Shown: one piece after another, positions 26,789 to 36,382 of the stretch
Position numbering within the stretch: position 1 is the first letter of the stretch
How the letters are laid out: every line of letters begins with the position of its first letter
Source of the DNA: an uncultured bacterium
Lineage (GTDB): Bacteria; Desulfobacterota; GWC2-55-46
Reading direction: 5' to 3'
NCBI GenBank assembly: GCA_905339405.1
Contig: CAJPGC010000034.1
Span: 3,052 to 67,051, forward strand
DNA length: 64,000 nt
Made by a program: the position numbers and the translations under genes
The notes under the pieces: model-generated
What the model saw: the letters and a program-made list of their open reading frames with translations, nothing else
What the model was told of the DNA's origin: nothing
Databases searched by the model: none

Positions 26789-28235
26789 TGCTGGAGTTCT
26801 TTGCGTGAGTTTACAAATCGACACCCGGCCAATCTGGCTGATACTGGCCATCAAATGCCTGAGGCCGGTATTTTTCCTGGTCCTTGCCTCGCTGTTCCTG
26901 TATTTCATCTGGATGCCCGCACCCGTGGGCCTCTCAATAGAGGGCCAGCGGGCCATCGCCGTATTCCTCCTTTGCCTCGTCCTGTGGGTATCTAACGCGA
27001 TACCGCTGGCGATAACGGGCATACTCGCCATCGTGCTGGTGCCGGTCCTAGGGATACTCCCGAACAAGGTCACTTATTCCCTTTTCGGGAACGAGGCCGT
27101 CTTTTTCATACTCGGCGCGTTCATCCTCGCGGGCGCGGTCATGCACTCGGGCATATCGAACAGGCTCGCCCTGTACATACTCGACAGGTTCGGGGGCTCG
27201 CCGAGGGGTCTTCTCATAACGGTATTCCTGCTGGCGGCTGCGCTCTCGTTCATAATGTCCGAGCACGCCGTGGCGGCCATGCTCTTCCCCATAGTCATCG
27301 AAATATCCAAGAGCCTGGGCCTCAAGCCCGGGAAGTCCAATTATGGTAAGCTCCTTTTCTTCTCCATGGCCTGGGGTTGCATAATCGGCGGCGTGGCGAC
27401 GTTCCTGGGGGGGGCGAGGGTGCCGCTAGCCGTGGGCATATTGAAGGAGACGACCGGCAGCCAGATAGGCTTTCTCGACTATTCCATCGCCGTCTTCCCG
27501 CTCGTCGTCATACTCCTTTTCGCGGGCTACATGCTCCTTACAAGGATATTCCCCATCGACATAACCGGGGTCGAGGAAGCCCACGGGGTCCTGAAGAAAA
27601 GGCTCAAGGCGCTTGGAAAACTGAGCTTCAGCGAGTACTCGGTCGGGGCGGTCCTCGCCATTACGGTCTTCGCCTGGATAGTCCTGGGCGAGAAGTTCGG
27701 GCTGGCGGCCATCGCGCTGGCCTCTGTCGTGGCCCTTTTCGTCTTCAGGATGGTAAGGTGGAAAGATATAGAAGAATACGTCAATTGGGGTATAATACTC
27801 ATGTACGGCGGGGCCATCGTGCTGGGGTCTGCCCTCGACAAGAGCGGCGCGGCCAAGTGGCTCGTCGGCATGGCTATAGGAGACTGGGCGAGCGAGCCCT
27901 GGGCGGCTTTCGCGCTCTTCTCGTTCCTTTCGATACTGCTTACGGCCGCCATGAGCAACGCGGCCGTCATCGCCGTGCTCCTGCCTGTGAGCATCGGCAT
28001 GGCTCAGACGCTCTCCATCGACCCCGTCATGCTCACTTACGCCATAGCGGTACCGGCAGGCCTCGATTTCATGTTCCCGATGGGCACGCCGGCCATCGCG
28101 ATAGCGGCCTCCTCGAACTACATAACCGTCAAGGAGAGCGCCAAGGGCGGCTTCGTCATGTTCGTCGCCGCATGGGTCGTTTTCAACCTCGTGGCGGCCT
28201 TCTGGTGGCCGCTCATAGGCATGGGCTATAGATGA
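26763..28235 (+). CDS. DASS/SLC13-family anion:Na+ symporter (candidate sulfate permease)
   Basis: Polytopic protein with duplicated hairpin-loop architecture, about 14 TM. The context is next to APS reductase and ATP sulfurylase. The start may lie downstream of 26763 (it overlaps the previous gene). Confidence 0.75.
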   Translation: MTQTLRNTDAGVLCVSLQIDTRPIWLILAIKCLRPVFFLVLASLFLYFIWMPAPVGLSIEGQRAIAVFLLCLVLWVSNAIPLAITGILAIVLVPVLGILPNKVTYSLFGNEAVFFILGAFILAGAVMHSGISNRLALYILDRFGGSPRGLLITVFLLAAALSFIMSEHAVAAMLFPIVIEISKSLGLKPGKSNYGKLLFFSMAWGCIIGGVATFLGGARVPLAVGILKETTGSQIGFLDYSIAVFPLVVILLFAGYMLLTRIFPIDITGVEEAHGVLKKRLKALGKLSFSEYSVGAVLAITVFAWIVLGEKFGLAAIALASVVALFVFRMVRWKDIEEYVNWGIILMYGGAIVLGSALDKSGAAKWLVGMAIGDWASEPWAAFALFSFLSILLTAAMSNAAVIAVLLPVSIGMAQTLSIDPVMLTYAIAVPAGLDFMFPMGTPAIAIAASSNYITVKESAKGGFVMFVAAWVVFNLVAAFWWPLIGMGYR

Positions 28236-28747
28236 AGAAGATACTCCTCGTGCTGTCGTACTCGGGTTTTTCAGGCAAGGCCATCGACGAGGCCGTAGCC
28301 AGGGCCAAAAAGGAGAAGGCGGCGCTTGCCGCCCTTTACCTTCTGGAAGGCGGGGCGGCCGAGAGCGTCTTCGACAAGTTTTCGGATATCGGCTTCATGG
28401 GCGACAGGCCTTCCGAGGACCTCTCCAGGCTCCTCATGAAGGAGTCGAGGCAAAGGGGTTACGAAGCGCTCGGCAAGGTGCAGATAAAGGCGATGGAAGA
28501 GGGCGTCCCGTTCGAGCCGCTGGTGGAAGAGGACGCAACTGTTGAAAAGGTCCTTGCGGTCATCGAAAAGACAGACCCTTCCGCCGTCTACGTGCTCAAG
28601 AGGAAGCAGAGGGCGTTTTTCAAGTATTTTACAAGATCGCTCGCCGACGAGCTTGCCGAAAGGGCAGGCTGCGAGGTGGCGGTGATTACCGAAGAAGGCG
28701 AACAGGAAAAGGAGGACGGTAATGTCAAAGGTATGGACGGAAAGTGA
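28232..28747 (+). CDS. Usp-like alpha/beta domain protein
   Basis: 171 aa. Usp-like N-terminus (KILLVLSYSGFSGKAIDEAV) but no clear ATP-binding glycine motif. Acidic tail. Confidence 0.4.
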   Translation: MKKILLVLSYSGFSGKAIDEAVARAKKEKAALAALYLLEGGAAESVFDKFSDIGFMGDRPSEDLSRLLMKESRQRGYEALGKVQIKAMEEGVPFEPLVEEDATVEKVLAVIEKTDPSAVYVLKRKQRAFFKYFTRSLADELAERAGCEVAVITEEGEQEKEDGNVKGMDGK

Positions 28748-29420
28748 ACTGAAAAATATAAGCGAAAGCCTCGAAGGAAAGGCGCCCGAAGAAGCGGTAA
28801 GGTGGGCGGTAGAGAACTTCGGGAAAAAAGAGCTTTCACTGGCGTGCAGTTTCGGGGCCGAGGACGTCGTGCTGGTAGACATGCTCGTGAAGATAAAGCC
28901 GGACGCGAGGATATTCTACCTGGACACGGACCTGCTCTTCAAGGAGACCCACGAACTCATGGAGAGGGTAAAAGCGAAATACGGCGTTGCCCCCGAGAGG
29001 TACGGCGCGAAAGCAACGCTTGAGCAGATGGAAAAGGACCTGGGCCCGGAGCTCTGGAAGAGGGAGCCGGACAAGTGCTGCGATATTAGGAAGATGGTCC
29101 CGCTGGCCGAGGCGCTATCCGAGCTCCGCTGCTGGATAACCGGCATAAGGCGCGACCAGGCCCCGACGAGGGCTAACGCTCCGGTCGTGAGCTGGGACGC
29201 GAAGTTCGGCCTCGTGAAGGTCAATCCGCTCGTCAGGTGGACCACTAAAGACGTCTGGGACTACATCACGAAGAATAACGTGCCGTACTGCACCCTTCAC
29301 GACAAGAACTTCCCGTCGATAGGCTGCGAGCCCTGCACCAGGCCGGTGGCTCCCGGGGAAGACCCGAGGGCCGGCAGGTGGGCCGGTTTCCAGAAGACCG
29401 AGTGCGGCCTTCACAAGTAG
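28722..29420 (+). CDS. cysH: Assimilatory adenylylsulfate (APS) reductase, thioredoxin-dependent, [4Fe-4S]-containing CysH
   Basis: PAPS/APS reductase fold with the C-terminal ECGLH motif. CC (KCCDIRK) and CxxC (GCEPC) cysteine pairs are characteristic of APS-specific enzymes. Confidence 0.85.
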   Translation: MSKVWTESELKNISESLEGKAPEEAVRWAVENFGKKELSLACSFGAEDVVLVDMLVKIKPDARIFYLDTDLLFKETHELMERVKAKYGVAPERYGAKATLEQMEKDLGPELWKREPDKCCDIRKMVPLAEALSELRCWITGIRRDQAPTRANAPVVSWDAKFGLVKVNPLVRWTTKDVWDYITKNNVPYCTLHDKNFPSIGCEPCTRPVAPGEDPRAGRWAGFQKTECGLHK

Positions 29421-29424
29421 GAAA

Positions 29425-29575
29425 AGATTTGTTGTCATTCTGAAGGAGCAAAGCGGCTGAAGAATCTCGTGCCTGCATCAAAAGACGAGATTCTTCGCTG
29501 CGCTCAGAATGACGAAATTTATAAGCATGAATCATTGTGGCAAACCGGAGCAATACTGCATTTGCTCCGCCCGCG
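29425..29575. repeat. MITE/REP-like palindromic repeat (gtcattctga...tcagaatgac type; related to 13349-13500)
   Basis: ttgttgtcattctgaaggagcaaagcggctgaagaatctcg ... cgagattcttcgctgcgctcagaatgacgaaattt. Confidence 0.55.
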
Positions 29576-29620
29576 ATGTTCTTTATCCTATAAAAAGAAA
29601 ATCCCCAGGAGGTATTTTTT

Positions 29621-30788
29621 CGTGGAAGGACTCATAAGGCCGCACGGCGGAGTGCTCGTAAACAGGATCCTCGAAGGCAAGGAGAGGGAGGACGCCGCCA
29701 ACAGGGCCGCCGGACTCAGGAAGATACGCCTCAACGAAAGGGAGATATCAGACCTCGAGATGATCTCCATCGGGGCATTGAGCCCCCTTGAAGGCTTCAT
29801 GGGCAGGGACGACTACCATTCGGTCATGGACACCATGCACATGAAGAACGGCCTGCCCTGGACGATACCCATAACACTTTCGGTCACGGCCGAAGAGGCT
29901 GGAGCCCTGAAGGCCGGTATGGAAGTGGCTTTGACCGACGGCGAGGGAACCGTGCTGGCCGTCATGTCGATAGCCGAGATATTCCCCCACGACAAGGAAA
30001 AGGAAGCGATACAGGTCTACGGCACCAGCGAGGACAAGCACCCCGGCGTCAAGAAGGTCTACGAGATGGGCGAGATGCTCCTGGGCGGCAAGGTGTCGAC
30101 CATAAAGAGACCTGTGCACACGAAGTTCATGGAAGAGAGGCTCGACCCGAAGGACACGAGGGCCCTGTTTACAGAGAAGGGCTGGAAGAAGGTCGTCGGT
30201 TTCCAGACTAGGAACCCCATACACAGGGCGCACGAGTACATCCAGAAGTGCGCTCTGGAGATAGTCGACGGCATACTCATACACCCGCTCGTCGGCGAGA
30301 CGAAGTCGGACGACATCCCGGCCGAGGTGAGGATGAAGTGCTACAAGGCCCTCATCTCCGGTTACTACCCGAAGGACAGGGTCGCCCTCGTCGTCAACCC
30401 GGCGGCCATGAGGTATGCCGGGCCCAAAGAGGCGGTTTTCCACGCCCTCATCAGGAAGAACTACGGCTGCACCCACTTCATAATAGGCAGGGACCACGCC
30501 GGGGTCGGCAACTACTACGGCACCTTCGACGCCCATTACATCTTCGAGAACTTCGACCCGCTGGCCATCGGCATAACGCCGCTGTTCTTCGACTACACCT
30601 TCTTCTGCAAGTGCTGCGGCGGCATGGCTTCGTACAAGACCTGCCCGCACGAGTCGGCGAACCACATAATCCTGTCAGGCACAAAGGTCAGGGAGATGCT
30701 GAGGAGCGGCGTTTGCCCGCCGCCGGAATTCTCAAGGCCGGAAGTTGCAAAGATTCTGATAGAGGCCATGCAGGGCCAGGCCCAGTAG
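29621..30788 (+). CDS. sat: Sulfate adenylyltransferase (ATP sulfurylase)
   Basis: QTRNPIHRAHE and GRDHAGV motifs. RBS ccaggagg precedes GTG 29621. The ORF-track start at 29469 would read through the repeat element. Confidence 0.9.
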
Positions 30789-30855
30789 TACACAAAAGCC
30801 GCTCTCTGACAGAGAGCGGCTTTTTTTTGACTAATAAAGGGGAGAGGTTTTTTTT

Positions 30856-32034
30856 ATGAGGGAGCTGAGAGAGGAGTACCTGAAGACCGCCGAAGGACTC
30901 AAGGAAAGGCTCACAGCCTTGAGCGACGATTTTTTCAGGAACCCGGAGCTCGGGCTCGAGGAGGAGCGCACCTCCGCCATGATGCAGGATGTTTTGAAAG
31001 AGGCGGGCTTTGTTGTCGAGCCGCACGTTGCAGGGATGAAGACCGCCTTCAAGGCTTCAATCGGCTCCGGGAGCCCAAGGATAGCCTTGCTTGCCGAGAT
31101 GGACGCCCTGCCGGGCATTGGCCACGGCTGCGGCCATAACATCGGAGGGACGGCTTCGATAGGCGCTGGAATAGCGCTGGCCAAGACCCTTTCGGGCCGC
31201 CTCAAACCCGGCCAGGGCACGCTGTTGGTGCTGGGCACCCCTGCAGAAGAGCTCGGCAAGGGCAAGATAGAGATGGTGAAAGCCGGGGTCTTCGAAGGCA
31301 TAGACGCCTCGATGATGGTACACGGCTCATCCAAAAGGACCGTGTTGAAGCACTTCCTCGGCCTTGAGAGGCTGAGCTTCACTTTCCACGGCCGCTCGTC
31401 ACACGCTTCCGCCTATCCGGAGGAAGGCATAAACGCCCTGGACGCCGTGATACTCCTTTTTAACTCAATAGGTCTTCTCCGCCAGCAGGTGAGAAGCGAC
31501 GTGCGTATACACGGCATCATAACCGACGGCGGCAGGAAGCCGAACATCATCCCCGAGAGGGCTGCCGCAAGCTTCTACGTCAGGGCGAACGACCTTAAGG
31601 AGCTGGCCTCGGTAAAGGAACGCGTCATCAACTGCGCCAGGGGAGCCGCGGCCGCTTCGGGCTGCACCGTGGAAGTTGCCAACGGAGGCGACCTGAACGC
31701 TCCGATGAAGATAAACATGGCCTTCATAGAGCTGTACAGGGGCGTATTGAAGTCTTTGGCCCTCAAGGAAGACACCCAGCCGCCCGAGAAGAACGTAGGC
31801 TCCTCGGATATCGGCAACGTCTCGCAGATAATACCGACCATACACCCGCACGTGCCCATTCGTGAGGGGATAAACATCCATACGCGCGAGTTTGCCGAGG
31901 CCACGGCCACGCCGGACGGCCACAGGGCCCTCATGGAAGGCGTTTGCACCCTCGGACTTACCGCAATCGAGCTTCTTTTCAACAGGGAAGCGCTCGAGGC
32001 CGTAAAAAAGGACTTCACAGAAAGCCGGCCCTGA
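30856..32034 (+). CDS. M20D-family amidohydrolase (N-acyl-amino-acid amidohydrolase/hippuricase-like)
   Basis: Metal-binding blocks LLAEMDALP, GHGCGHN, and the dimerisation domain. Confidence 0.8.
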   Translation: MRELREEYLKTAEGLKERLTALSDDFFRNPELGLEEERTSAMMQDVLKEAGFVVEPHVAGMKTAFKASIGSGSPRIALLAEMDALPGIGHGCGHNIGGTASIGAGIALAKTLSGRLKPGQGTLLVLGTPAEELGKGKIEMVKAGVFEGIDASMMVHGSSKRTVLKHFLGLERLSFTFHGRSSHASAYPEEGINALDAVILLFNSIGLLRQQVRSDVRIHGIITDGGRKPNIIPERAAASFYVRANDLKELASVKERVINCARGAAAASGCTVEVANGGDLNAPMKINMAFIELYRGVLKSLALKEDTQPPEKNVGSSDIGNVSQIIPTIHPHVPIREGINIHTREFAEATATPDGHRALMEGVCTLGLTAIELLFNREALEAVKKDFTESRP

Positions 32035-32234
32035 AAAAGCCCGTTATTCATTTCGGGCCGGCGCACATCCAGAGAACTCATCCCGCATTAAACCCTAAAT
32101 TGTTTCAGTGTTTTTGCCGATTTGTACCCAACGGCACAGCCTCCGGGAGAGGTTTGTGGTAAGAGGTGGTTGGCTCTGGTGCACGGAGGCGGCCCCCACA
32201 AAATGGCCGCCATTTTGAAGGAGATTCGGAGTCT

Positions 32235-32822
32235 ATGATAGATTTGAGGAACTTCACCAGAAGAACGATAATGATCAAGCCCGACTACCAGTTGAGGCTT
32301 GCCGTCAAGGTCTCGTTAAGCATCATCCTGTACTCGTTCATACTGGGCTTCATAATCTTTTACCCGCTCTACCAGGACCTCATGTCCGCCGCAACCATCG
32401 AGAAGCAGGCGGTCATCTCTTCAGTCGTGCTCTATTTGCACAAGAGCTTCTGGCCCGGGTTCGTCCTCGTGGCTCTGCTCGCGGGGCTTCAGGCCATCTG
32501 GTCTTCGCACGCTCTGGTGGGCCCGATGTACAGGTTCGAAAAGACGGTGCAGGAGCTCATCTCCGGGAACTACTCCATCAGGATAAAGATAAGGAAAAGG
32601 GACGAGTTCAAGGAGATGGAAGGGTTCCTGAACAAGCTGGCCGCGACCCTGGAAGAGGCCAGGACCAGGGACAACCAGTTCTACCATGACGCAAGGATAA
32701 AACTTGAGACGATAAAGGCGATGCTCGAGGCTGAAGGGGCGGAATATCCCGCTGACGTCAAAAGGCTCGCGCAGGAGCTCATCTACGAGCTCGACGCGAG
32801 GGACGCTTACCGCGCAAGGTAG
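32235..32822 (+). CDS. Membrane protein with two TM helices and a HAMP-like domain
   Basis: Two TM segments followed by HALVGPMYRFEKTVQELISGNYSIRI (HAMP-like) and a coiled coil. Confidence 0.4.
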   Translation: MIDLRNFTRRTIMIKPDYQLRLAVKVSLSIILYSFILGFIIFYPLYQDLMSAATIEKQAVISSVVLYLHKSFWPGFVLVALLAGLQAIWSSHALVGPMYRFEKTVQELISGNYSIRIKIRKRDEFKEMEGFLNKLAATLEEARTRDNQFYHDARIKLETIKAMLEAEGAEYPADVKRLAQELIYELDARDAYRAR

Positions 32823-32833
32823 ACCGGACAAAG

Positions 32834-33313
32834 TTGATGACGACCTACGTCAGGGCTTTTAAAACGGCTGGAAAGCAAAAAGGCTTCACTCTTTTGGAGC
32901 TTCTCATCGCCGTAGCCATTGTGGCCGTTCTCGCGGCAATCGCAGTGCCAGCCTACATCTCTTTCATCCAGAGGGCGAAGGAGACGGCCGTCATATCCTA
33001 TCTCACGAAGATGAGGTCAGCACAGGAGACTTATAAGCTCGACGACGCCTCGAGCTTCTATTCGGGAAGTTTCGACGAGCTCGAGACGACCGGGTTCATC
33101 CCGGCCGCAGCCGGGGCCGCCTCAAGGGTGGAGCACGAATATCAGCTCGACCTTACAGCCGGTGTATTGGGCGGCGAGCCTTTCTGGAACGTCCTGGCAG
33201 CCCCGCTTTCCGCGAGCCCCAAGGCAAGACACTTCTACGCAGACCAGACAGGGATTTTAAGGTACGCCGTGGGCGCACCGGCAGGCCCTGGCAGCGCGCC
33301 TGTCGGCAGGTGA
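32834..33313 (+). CDS. Type IV pilin-like protein (prepilin-type N-terminal cleavage/methylation domain)
   Basis: GFTLLELLIAVAIVAVLAAIAVPAY, with G-1/F+1/E+5. Confidence 0.75.
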   Translation: MMTTYVRAFKTAGKQKGFTLLELLIAVAIVAVLAAIAVPAYISFIQRAKETAVISYLTKMRSAQETYKLDDASSFYSGSFDELETTGFIPAAAGAASRVEHEYQLDLTAGVLGGEPFWNVLAAPLSASPKARHFYADQTGILRYAVGAPAGPGSAPVGR

Positions 33314-33440
33314 TGTTTTCCCAGTATAATCAAGCTGTTCCGTTCTTGGCTGATGACTTTGGCCGCTGAATGTGCTATATAGTTTTTGCAGGCCACGCGC
33401 GCTTTTCCGCCCGGCCGGCCTGCTGAAAAAGGAGGCGTCG

Positions 33441-34613
33441 ATGAAGCACAGAGCCCTCTGTCCCGGGCACAATCCCGGCATCTTTTTCACTCTGCTCGTA
33501 TCCCTGTTCCTCGCGTTCCTTTTACCCGTTGCTGCCAGCTCTGAAGAACAAATGACAATCGATTCGACCGGCACAGCCTCGATAAGCCCGGGCGGCCCAG
33601 CTTCGGCGAGGGACGCCGCAATAGCCGACGCGTTGAGGAAAGCCGTCGAGCAGGCCGCAGGTACTCTGGTGGCCTCCGACACGCTCGTTGAGAACTTCCA
33701 GGTATTGGAAGACAGCGTCTATACGAAAAGCCAGGGCTTCGTCAAGAGCTACTCCATAATATCCGAGGGGCAGCAGGCCGGGTTGTACGAGGTCAGTGTA
33801 AAGGCTGTCGTTGCAACAGGCGCCCTCGCTGGCGGCCTCGACGCGCTTGGCCTCTTGCAGAAAAAGGCGGAGCGCCCGCGCGTGCTTTTCATGGTGGCTG
33901 AGAAGGGATTTGCCTTGAGCGAGTACGATTATTGGTGGAACAACGAAGGGCGAGCGCGCCGGATTTCAGCAACAGATGCCGCTCTCAAACAGGCCTTTAT
34001 TTCAAAGGGCTTCAACGTAGTCGACGGCAGGGCAATAGATGGTCTGCTGGGCCCCATTGGCGTTGACGTTACGGAGCAGGACGCGGCAAGGATGGGCAGG
34101 GCGCTCGACGCTGAGGTCGTCGTCTTCGGGAAAGTCTTCATCGAGGAGGGGCCGTCCTCAGGGGCCACTTCCATCGTAACCTACATGGCGGACATGACGG
34201 CCGAGGCCGCGAGGGTCGACGACGGGGTTGTGCTCGCCTCCCAGAAGGGTCGCGGAATCTCAAGGCACATATCAGCCGTGACGGGCAGCGGGGAAGCGGT
34301 AAGCAGGGCCGCCGCGATAGTCGCGGAAGGGCTCACAACGCAGATAGCCGAGAAGTGGGCAGGCCCGCAGACCATCCGCATAACCCTCAAAGGCATGGAC
34401 TACGGAAAGGCGGTCGAGTTCAAGCGTTTCCTCAAGACCAGGGTGAGGGGCATAGAGGCCATCTACCAGAGGCGGCACGCAGAAGGGGAGACCGCCCTAG
34501 AAGTGGAAGTCAAGACAGGCGCGCAGGCTGTGGCCGACGAGATAGCGAGGCACGGGAAGTACAGGGTCATTGGTTTCAGCGCCCACGCGTTAGAGGTCGA
34601 GGGGGCTGAATAA
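33441..34613 (+). CDS. LPP20/FlgT-like periplasmic/lipoprotein
   Basis: Signal peptide, then repeated LPP20-like alpha/beta modules (ASARDAAIADALRKAVEQAAG...). RBS aggagg precedes ATG 33441. Confidence 0.5.
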   Translation: MKHRALCPGHNPGIFFTLLVSLFLAFLLPVAASSEEQMTIDSTGTASISPGGPASARDAAIADALRKAVEQAAGTLVASDTLVENFQVLEDSVYTKSQGFVKSYSIISEGQQAGLYEVSVKAVVATGALAGGLDALGLLQKKAERPRVLFMVAEKGFALSEYDYWWNNEGRARRISATDAALKQAFISKGFNVVDGRAIDGLLGPIGVDVTEQDAARMGRALDAEVVVFGKVFIEEGPSSGATSIVTYMADMTAEAARVDDGVVLASQKGRGISRHISAVTGSGEAVSRAAAIVAEGLTTQIAEKWAGPQTIRITLKGMDYGKAVEFKRFLKTRVRGIEAIYQRRHAEGETALEVEVKTGAQAVADEIARHGKYRVIGFSAHALEVEGAE

Positions 34614-35375
34614 GTGCGTTTTCCAGCTGCGAGGCTTTTTTTCCTTCTCGGCATCGTGTTTGTCTTAGCCTCTTGCGCGGCGCACACGCCCCGGTACGCC
34701 CCTGATTATTCAAACCCCGTCTACACGGTAGCGGTGCTGCCGTTCTACAACGTCACGAACGACGTGGGCGGGGCGATGGGGCTCCGTGAGGATTTTCAGA
34801 GGAGGCTCGAGCACAGGCACTACAAGTTCATGCCCTTGAAGGAGGTCGATGAGATCCTCCTCAACAGGATGGGCATAACACTAGGCGACCAGCTAGAGAT
34901 GACCGACGCCATGGAGCTCGGCAAGGTACTCGGTGTTGACGGCCTGGTCTACGGCTACGTGCTCGACTTCGACGACGTAACGACCGGCGTTTACAACGTG
35001 AAGAAGGTGAGGGCAGGGTTCAAGCTCGTTGACGCGAAGACTGGAAAAGTCCTGTGGACCGGCGCCAGGGGCGTCAAGAGCGTCATCGCGGGAGGCAAGG
35101 CTGGCGTCGGCATAAGCGTTCTTAAGGAGGCGGCTGGCGAGGACAGCTTCAGCTCCTACGGGATAAAGGGGCTCGACGAGATAGAAGGGCTGGACGACTG
35201 GCACATAATACGCGCGGGAGCGACGAAAAGGTTCGAGGACGCGGCGATGCTCTCGCTCGGTGAGATGCTCATAACGAAGGCCTTTGGCGTCCACCTGTGG
35301 CTCGAGTCGAACACGATGATGGAGATGGTCATGAGGGGCTTCCCTTCAGGGCCGGGGACGCCGAGGCACGAATAG
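34614..35375 (+). CDS. DUF799/GNA1162-like lipoprotein
   Basis: Lipobox LASCA. YTVAVLPFYNVTNDVGG resembles the DUF799 family found with CsgG-like genes. Confidence 0.55.
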   Translation: MRFPAARLFFLLGIVFVLASCAAHTPRYAPDYSNPVYTVAVLPFYNVTNDVGGAMGLREDFQRRLEHRHYKFMPLKEVDEILLNRMGITLGDQLEMTDAMELGKVLGVDGLVYGYVLDFDDVTTGVYNVKKVRAGFKLVDAKTGKVLWTGARGVKSVIAGGKAGVGISVLKEAAGEDSFSSYGIKGLDEIEGLDDWHIIRAGATKRFEDAAMLSLGEMLITKAFGVHLWLESNTMMEMVMRGFPSGPGTPRHE

Positions 35376-35410
35376 ACGGCACAACACGCATTCATTCAAA
35401 GGAGGCAGTG

Positions 35411-36373
35411 ATGAGGTTCAATTTTAACAGGTTCAATGGTCTGCTTGCCGTCTCTCTGGCGGCCGGCGTCTTTTTCGCTGGCTGTTCGCCCACAACGACG
35501 GGTTCGGTCAAAGAAGACGTCTCCCTGACGGGGCAGACGCAGGCATTGAAGGAGACGGGCACCCAGTACAGGGGCCCGGAGTACAACATAGCCATACTCG
35601 AGTTCGAGAACAAGACCCCGAGCAAGAGCCTCGGCGTCGGCGAGGCCGCAACCGACATCATGCGCACGATAGTGAAGCAGGCCGGGCTCGAACCCATCGT
35701 CGTGACTAAAACCGAGCTCAAGGAGCAGGAGAGGCTCATGGAGCTCCAGCAGTCCGGGGCCGTGAAAACTGGCCTCAAGAAGGCGGACGAGGGATACGAT
35801 TCGCTCGACTACAGGATAGCCGGTTCCGTGACGGCGTATCACGAGGTCGAGGAATCTTCCAACGTGCTCTTAAGCCAGAAAAAGACGCGCATCGCCAGGG
35901 TGCAGGTCGATTATTCGCTCGTGGACGTTGCCACGGGCAAGTCCCTGGTCTCGGATTCCGGCATGGGCGAGTACACCAAGACCACCGGCGGGATGCTCGG
36001 CATGGGCTCCAAGTCGACGGCAGACCCGGGCCTGCGCGACGGCGCGTTGAGGGACGCTCTGGCGAAGGCGTTGACCAGCATGGTCGCGAAGCTCAACGAG
36101 ATGCCCTTCACCGGCAAGGTCCTCCACGTTGACGGCAGGAGCGTCACCATAAGGGCCGGCACTAGGAGCAGGGTAGAGCCCGGCACGGTATTGTCGGTCT
36201 ACAGCACGGGGGTCGACCTTGTCGACCCTGACACCGGAAGGGTCATCGGCAAGAGGGAGAAGCTCATAGGCGAAATCAAGCTTGCCGAGCACCAGGGCGA
36301 GAGGATATCCGAGGCCGAGGTGAGTTCAGGCACAGGCTTCAAAGTGGGAGACGTGGTAAAGGTTAAAAAGTAG
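35411..36373 (+). CDS. CsgG-family (curli production assembly/transport component-like) outer-membrane lipoprotein
   Basis: Lipobox FAGCS and the conserved CsgG block NIAILEFENKT...GEAATDIMRTIV. About 320 aa. Confidence 0.7.
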   Translation: MRFNFNRFNGLLAVSLAAGVFFAGCSPTTTGSVKEDVSLTGQTQALKETGTQYRGPEYNIAILEFENKTPSKSLGVGEAATDIMRTIVKQAGLEPIVVTKTELKEQERLMELQQSGAVKTGLKKADEGYDSLDYRIAGSVTAYHEVEESSNVLLSQKKTRIARVQVDYSLVDVATGKSLVSDSGMGEYTKTTGGMLGMGSKSTADPGLRDGALRDALAKALTSMVAKLNEMPFTGKVLHVDGRSVTIRAGTRSRVEPGTVLSVYSTGVDLVDPDTGRVIGKREKLIGEIKLAEHQGERISEAEVSSGTGFKVGDVVKVKK

Positions 36374-36382
36374 GAGGTCGGC

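Noticed and set aside
29469-29620. Extension of the ATP sulfurylase ORF to ATG 29469, as in the six-frame track
   Set aside because: The extension reads through the palindromic repeat element. A strong RBS (ccaggagg) precedes GTG 29621, and ATP sulfurylase homologues begin near LIRPHGG.
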